Part shown: positions 22,369 to 27,410 of the stretch, one piece after another | How positions within the stretch are numbered: position 1 is the first letter of the stretch | How the letters are laid out: each line of letters opens with the position of its first letter | Source of the DNA: Octopus sinensis | Lineage: Eukaryota | Length of the DNA: 27,410 nt | Reading direction: 5' to 3' | NCBI RefSeq assembly: GCF_006345805.1 | Contig: NW_021833388.1 | Span: 1 to 27,410 of the forward strand | Position numbers and translations under genes: made by a program | The notes under the pieces: model-generated | The model's database searches: none | Seen by the model: the letters and a program-made list of their open reading frames with translations, nothing else | Told to the model about the DNA's origin: nothing

Positions 22369-22712
22369 GTATGCCTCAGTAAAGCTGGACTCAAGAGTCA
22401 TCTTCGTAGTCATAAAGCGAGACAGATGAGTGACAATCTGGCCACTAGTGGTGGTGTAACACACCATAGTAATCATGTCTGTCGGGCATGTAGAAGAGAG
22501 TGTAATTCGGCAAGAGGGCTTAAATGACATGCAAAGGTACATGAAGCCCAGTTACAACTACAGCCGGCTATTACCGGTAAAGGTTTTAGCTGCCAAATCT
22601 GTGCAAGACATTGTAGATCTTTAGCTGGGCTAAAAAGTCACATTCGATCACAGCACCAGTAAAAGTTAAGCTTCGTGCAATGGCCATACTCGATAACGAG
22701 GGGGCAGCCATA
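22369..22712 (+). mobile_element. 5'-truncated 3' end of a probable RTE-clade LINE with tandem C2H2-like motifs
   Basis: One frame reads VCLSKAGLKSHLRSH...CRACRRECNSARGLK*HAKVH...CQICARHCRSLAGLKSHIRSQHQ* (TGA at 22525-27, TAA at 22660-62), followed by a short 3' UTR. Confidence 0.55.
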
Positions 22713-22794
22713 ATGTATATATGTATGTATATATATGCATACAAATCAATGTATGTATATATGTATATATACACACATACATGCAAATACATAC

Positions 22795-22885
22795 ACTGTA
22801 GAAAACACTTGCCCAAGTTTCATGCAGGGGAACTGAACTCGGAACCATGTGATTGGGAAGCAAGCTTCTTACCACACAGCCACGC
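22795..22885 (-). mobile_element. Family B SINE head fragment
   Basis: acacttgcccaag...ggaaccatgtgattgggaagcaagcttcttaccacacagccac. Confidence 0.75.
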
Positions 22886-23284
22886 TATCTATATTCGATG
22901 TTCCTTTTTGATTCCAGAATGACTGACGGGTAGGTTGTTGTTATTGGTGTTGTTGTTTAGCTATAGATTTTTTTTTTTTTAGACTTGTGTAAAAATATAA
23001 AGGTTGAATTAAGGTCTATATGCAGGTAGACATGTACTAAATGAGATATGGGAGGTTGAATGGCATCCAGGCAACTACGAAACAGGAGCTCACGCACTGA
23101 TATACGCACACACACACACACACACGCACAAGCGTGCACAGACGCACACACTCACACACTGGCACAAAGAAAATGGTTGAAGACTTGGCGAGTTCTTATC
23201 GGAAATGTAACCTAATCATAAAAACGGTAAGACCCCCAAGCAATCTCCACGAACATGCACATCTATCGCCCCCCCACACACACT

Positions 23285-24010
23285 CATGTATACATATATA
23301 ATATATATGCATATATATGGATACATATATATATGTATATATACACGTACAATATCGTGTGCATATAGATATGTATCTATGTATATGTATTTTTGACTAT
23401 ATATATGCATGTAGTTGTGAATATATATTATATATATATATATTATATATATATATATATATTATATACGCGTATACATATAATATATTTATATGCCTAT
23501 GAGTGTATGTATATATGCATAGATATATATATCCATACATATATATGTATATGTAGTATGTATAATATATATATATGTAATATATGTTATATATGTATGT
23601 ATATATGTATGTATATTATTAGATATATGTATATATATATGTATGTAATGTATGTATATGTATGTATATGTATGTATATGTATGGTATGTATATGTATGT
23701 ATATGTATGTATATGTATGTATATGTATGTATATATTATGTATGTATATGTATGTATGTATATATATGTATATATATATGTATATATATGTATATATATA
23801 TATGTATTATATGTATAGAATATATGTATATATATGTAATATATGTATATATATGTATATATTATATATATGTATATATATGTATATATATGTATATATA
23901 TATATATATTTTATATATATATATATACATATATGTATAAATATACATATCCTTATATGCATATAAACCAATGTATGCATATATATGTACATATATATAT
24001 ATGTATGCAT
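23285..24010. repeat. Long compound (TA)n/(TATATG)n tract
   Basis: Read directly from the sequence. Confidence 0.9.
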
Positions 24011-24396
24011 ACACATACTCATGCCCACATATACACAGACACAAAGAACATGCGCCATATAAGCACACACATACATACACAACATGACAGAATCTCGCAT
24101 CTCGCCTTTGAGCTAGGAACAATTTTAGGGGAGGTATCGATGTTATTTTGGGAAGACATTAATTACTGATTAATTGCTTGATTAGTTTGTGTATGTAGAA
24201 TTGTACATTTAGCAGTGATAATGGGGGAAAAGAGATACGGAGAGAGGAAAGAAAGACAGAAAGAGGATAAGTGTAATGTAGAGATTCTGAAGGGTAGATA
24301 AATCCATCACATCTAGATACAGTCCAACGTAAAGCCTTTGTGTGTGTATTGTGTATATAATAATATATATATATATAATATATATTATATATATAT

Positions 24397-24537
24397 AGGT
24401 GTGGCTTGCTTCCCAACCACATGGTTCCATGTTCAGTCCCACTGCGTGGCACCTTAGGCAAGTATCTTCTGCTGTAACCTTCGGCCGACCGAAGCCTTGT
24501 GACTGGATTGGTAGACGGAAACTGAAAGAAGCCCGTC

Positions 24538-24578
<41 letters not shown>

Positions 24579-24810
24579 TTGCGTGTGTGTGGTGTGTGTT
24601 GTGTTGTGATATATTTCTGTGTCTGTATTTGTGCCCTCACCATCGCTTGACAACCGATGTTAGTGTGTTTGCGTCTCCGTTACATAGCGATTCGGCAAAA
24701 GATACCGATGCAATAAGCACTAAGCTTACAAAGAGTGAGTCCTGGGGTCGACTAAAGTGCACCAGCATGGCCGCAGTCAAATTACTAAAACAAGTAAAAG
24801 AATAAAAGAA
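24397..24810 (+). mobile_element. Family B SINE, near full length
   Basis: gcttcccaaccacatggttcc...gcaccttaggcaag...gaagcccgtcg, internal (TA)/(TG) tract, ...cagcatggccgcagtcaa...caagtaaaagaataaaag. Confidence 0.85.
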
Positions 24811-24894
24811 TGTGTGTATGTGTACATGTGAGTGCGTGCGTGCGTGCGTGTGTGTGTGAGTGTGTGTATGTGTGTATATATATATACATGTATA

Positions 24895-25306
24895 TCTTTT
24901 ATCTTTTGTCAGTTACTTGTTTCAACAATCTGACTGCGGCTATGATGGGATACATCCTTAAAGGGTTTTAGTCGAACTAATCGACACCAGGATTTGTTTT
25001 AAATGTAGGACTTATTTTATCAGTCTCTTATTGCCGAACCGTTAATTAAGGAGAGGTAGACACATCAAGATCGGTTGCCATGCGGTGGAGGTGCACAGAC
25101 ACAGACATAAGGACACACATACATAGATATACATGCATATATGCGACGGGCTTCTTTCAGTTTCCGTCTACCAGATCCACTCACAAGGTTTTGGTCGGCC
25201 CGAGGCTATAGTAGAACACACTTGTCTATGATGCCATGCAGTGGGACCGAACCTGGAACCATGTGGTTGGGAAACAACCTTCTTGCCATACAGCCATACT
25301 TGCGTC
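24895..25306 (-). mobile_element. Family B SINE, near full length
   Basis: Reverse-complement homologue of 24397-24810. Confidence 0.85.
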
Positions 25307-25426
25307 TAAAATAAAAATGAAAAATATATAAAATAGGAATATATATATACACAGTGTGTATACAGCATATATATGTAGACATACATACATATTTATATAT
25401 ATATACATACACACACACAACACACA

Positions 25427-25474
<48 letters not shown>

Positions 25475-25702
25475 TAAATATGCATGAGTCTCCATATTGT
25501 CTATCGTTATAATTATTGCAAATATATACTCCAAATAATACAGAATTATCCACAAGAGGAATTTTCAGTGTGACCGATAACTCCTAGAGGTCATAGACGT
25601 TAAATACCAATCGGTGCAGTTAACCGTAACCTGGAACATAACTGAGAGCTACCACGGTATTAAACTCATAATATACAAATATATATATTATATATATAGA
25701 TA

Positions 25703-25739
<37 letters not shown>

Positions 25740-25954
25740 GTGCTTTTCTCTCTACAAAACGGAAAGTTACATTGCGGAACAGTCATTTTAACGAGTTGTA
25801 TTTATTTATCACCCCACGAGATACAACTGCACCCACGGATGCTCCTGAACCGGTTGTTGTGTGTCGATGTGTCGAAACTAATATCGTGATTAACAATAAA
25901 CTCTCGTATAAATTCTTCTACCTTTCATTTGCTATATATATATATATATATATA

Positions 25955-25995
<41 letters not shown>

Positions 25996-26009
25996 ATATA
26001 TATAGAGTA

Positions 26010-26210
26010 TATTTTTGCATATATTCCATGTTTTTCTCTCCTTGTTTCTCTCTGGTTTCTTTTCTATGTATCTTTCTGTGAAGAGCGTAGGCTCGAAACG
26101 TAAAAGGACTTGTTTTATTTTATTTCCTGAGCGCCATACTAGTACAATTGTTGTTTGTATTCCACTTGCCTTCGTCTTTTGTTTATTTTCATAAGCTTCC
26201 CGTTATATAT
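26010..26210 (+). repeat. Penelope-like terminal-repeat fragment with a hammerhead-like motif
   Basis: cttt-CTGTGA-a-gagc-gtag-gctc-GAAA-CGTA-aaag (26072-26106). Perfect stems I and II, palindromic ACGT, one core nucleotide missing. Confidence 0.55.
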
Positions 26211-26489
26211 AGGAGTACTTCTTCTCTTCTCTTCTTCTTCTTCTTCTTCTCACCCTCCTCCTCCTCTTCTTTTTTCTATCCTTTCTCCTCCTTCCCCTTC
26301 TCCTTTTTCTTCAAGTCCGCACGAAGCCCACAAAACATTGGACGAGACGAGCCTCCGTCTTCCGGGTAGAGAAGATCTTTACATTTCAGATCTAAATGAA
26401 GAGAAGTTCAAAGACGGAGGAAGGTCTCAGCCAACGTTAATTGCATCCATACACCCACATTATTATGATGAACTAAATCTATCATAGAC

Positions 26490-26755
26490 TTCTGTATTTA
26501 AGAGATGAGGAATTATGCACGTTATTTACATTATTTACATTTGACGGATATTTGTTTGTTGTTAACACAATGTTTCGGCTGATATATCCTCCAACCTTCA
26601 CCAGGTGTCTTGGGGAAATTTCGAACCTGGGTTCTCATTCCCAAGGTATTTCTCGATGTTGTTATTATTATGCCCACGAGTATATGGCGTAGTGGTTAAA
26701 AGCGCGGGCTACTAACCCCAAGATAACGAGTTTGCGATTCCAGGCAGTGACCTGT

Positions 26756-26760
<5 letters not shown>
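26490..26760 (+). mobile_element. Second copy of the foldback tRNA/hammerhead element (one arm plus tRNA-like head)
   Basis: Arm 26490-26665 is the reverse complement of 2310-2484 (hammerhead core degenerate: CTGGTGA...GAAACATT). The head on plus has a perfect A box TGGCGTAGTGG (26685-26695) and a ggg-CTACTAA-ccc anticodon-like loop, followed by (AAT)n. Confidence 0.7.
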
Positions 26761-26798
<38 letters not shown>

Positions 26799-27060
26799 GA
26801 AGAAGAAGAATGAGAAGAGAAAGAGAAGCAGAAGAAGAAAGAAGAAGAAGAAGAGAAGAAGAAGAAGAGAAGAAGAAGAAGAAGAAGAAGAAGAAGAAGA
26901 AGAAGAAGGGAAGAGCAGAAGAAGGAGAGAAAGACAATGAAGAGAAGAAGAGAATAGAGGAAGAGGGGGAAAGAAGAAGAAGGGAAGAAAAAAGAAGGGG
27001 AAGAATGCAGAGAAGAAGACGATGGCAGTAGTGGTGATGGTGGTGATGATGATGATGCGG
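26758..27060. repeat. (AAT)n followed by (AGA)n purine-rich trinucleotide tract
   Basis: Read directly from the sequence. Confidence 0.9.
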
Positions 27061-27275
27061 TAGGAGAGAAAGTAGATGATGGTAAGAAAGAAAAAATACA
27101 GTAATATTAAAAGAAGACCGTAAATTTCGATACACAAATAATTAGATAGCAAACAGTCCGACAGGCAGGCAGACAGATAGATAGATAGATAAAGAGATAG
27201 ACAGATAGATATATAGATAGGGTAGGCGAGCAAACAGTCATAGAGGTAGATAGACACATAGATAGATAGATAGAT

Positions 27276-27410
27276 ATGTTTCTTTATTAGCCACACAGGG
27301 CTGCACACAGATAGAACAAATTACAAGGTAGAGCTCTTCTTTTGGGGGTAAAAAAAAAGGAGAGTGGTGGTTTTCGATCAAAAGGGATCGTAAAAGGAAA
27401 GAAAAAGGAC
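27276..27410 (-). mobile_element. 3' terminus of another Tx1-like element, abutting a (GATA)n array and running off the window
   Basis: Minus strand ends gccctgtgtggctAATAAAGAAAcat|atctatctatc, similar to the 7857-7880 terminus. Confidence 0.55.

Noticed and set aside
26684-26750. Functional tRNA gene (ACT anticodon)
   Set aside because: Only a 3-bp anticodon stem, a degenerate B box and no proper acceptor stem; part of a repeat. The tRNA-like heads of SINE families A-C were rejected as tRNA genes for similar reasons.

Overview
Eukaryotic, AT-rich, microsatellite-saturated repeat DNA. The interspersed repeats look like those of coleoid cephalopods, most likely Octopus; this is recognised from memory, not from a search. 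No intact host protein-coding gene is supported. The main feature is a near full-length but disrupted 5.35-kb Tx1/L1-clade non-LTR retrotransposon on the minus strand (7857-13208). It has ORF1 with an RRM-like region and CCHC knuckle, and ORF2 with APE endonuclease, RT and a C-terminal CCHC. It sits inside a tRNA-derived SINE, between the Pol III A box and B box, with an imperfect 17-bp target-site duplication. Its 3' terminus (GCCC..GTGGGC-AATAAAGAAA) recurs in the linker of a dimeric copy of the same SINE family (~590-650) and in another Tx1-like end abutting a (GATA)n array (27276-27410). This suggests a target-specific LINE/SINE system. A second, doubly truncated Tx1 copy (19241-21360) has a divergent ORF1 but a closely similar ORF2. 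Also present: a foldback element with a tRNA-like core and inverted arms that each carry a minimal hammerhead-ribozyme motif (1988-2484 with a 16-bp TSD; second copy ~26490-26760); further Penelope-type hammerhead-like motifs; an internally deleted DD37D (maT) Tc1/mariner; a Helitron 3' end; an RTE-like 3' end with tandem zinc-finger motifs; and about ten copies of another tRNA-derived SINE. Most ORFs in the supplied track are translated microsatellites. Family names are pattern recognition without database checks, and boundaries of degenerate repeats are approximate (about +/-10-20 nt).
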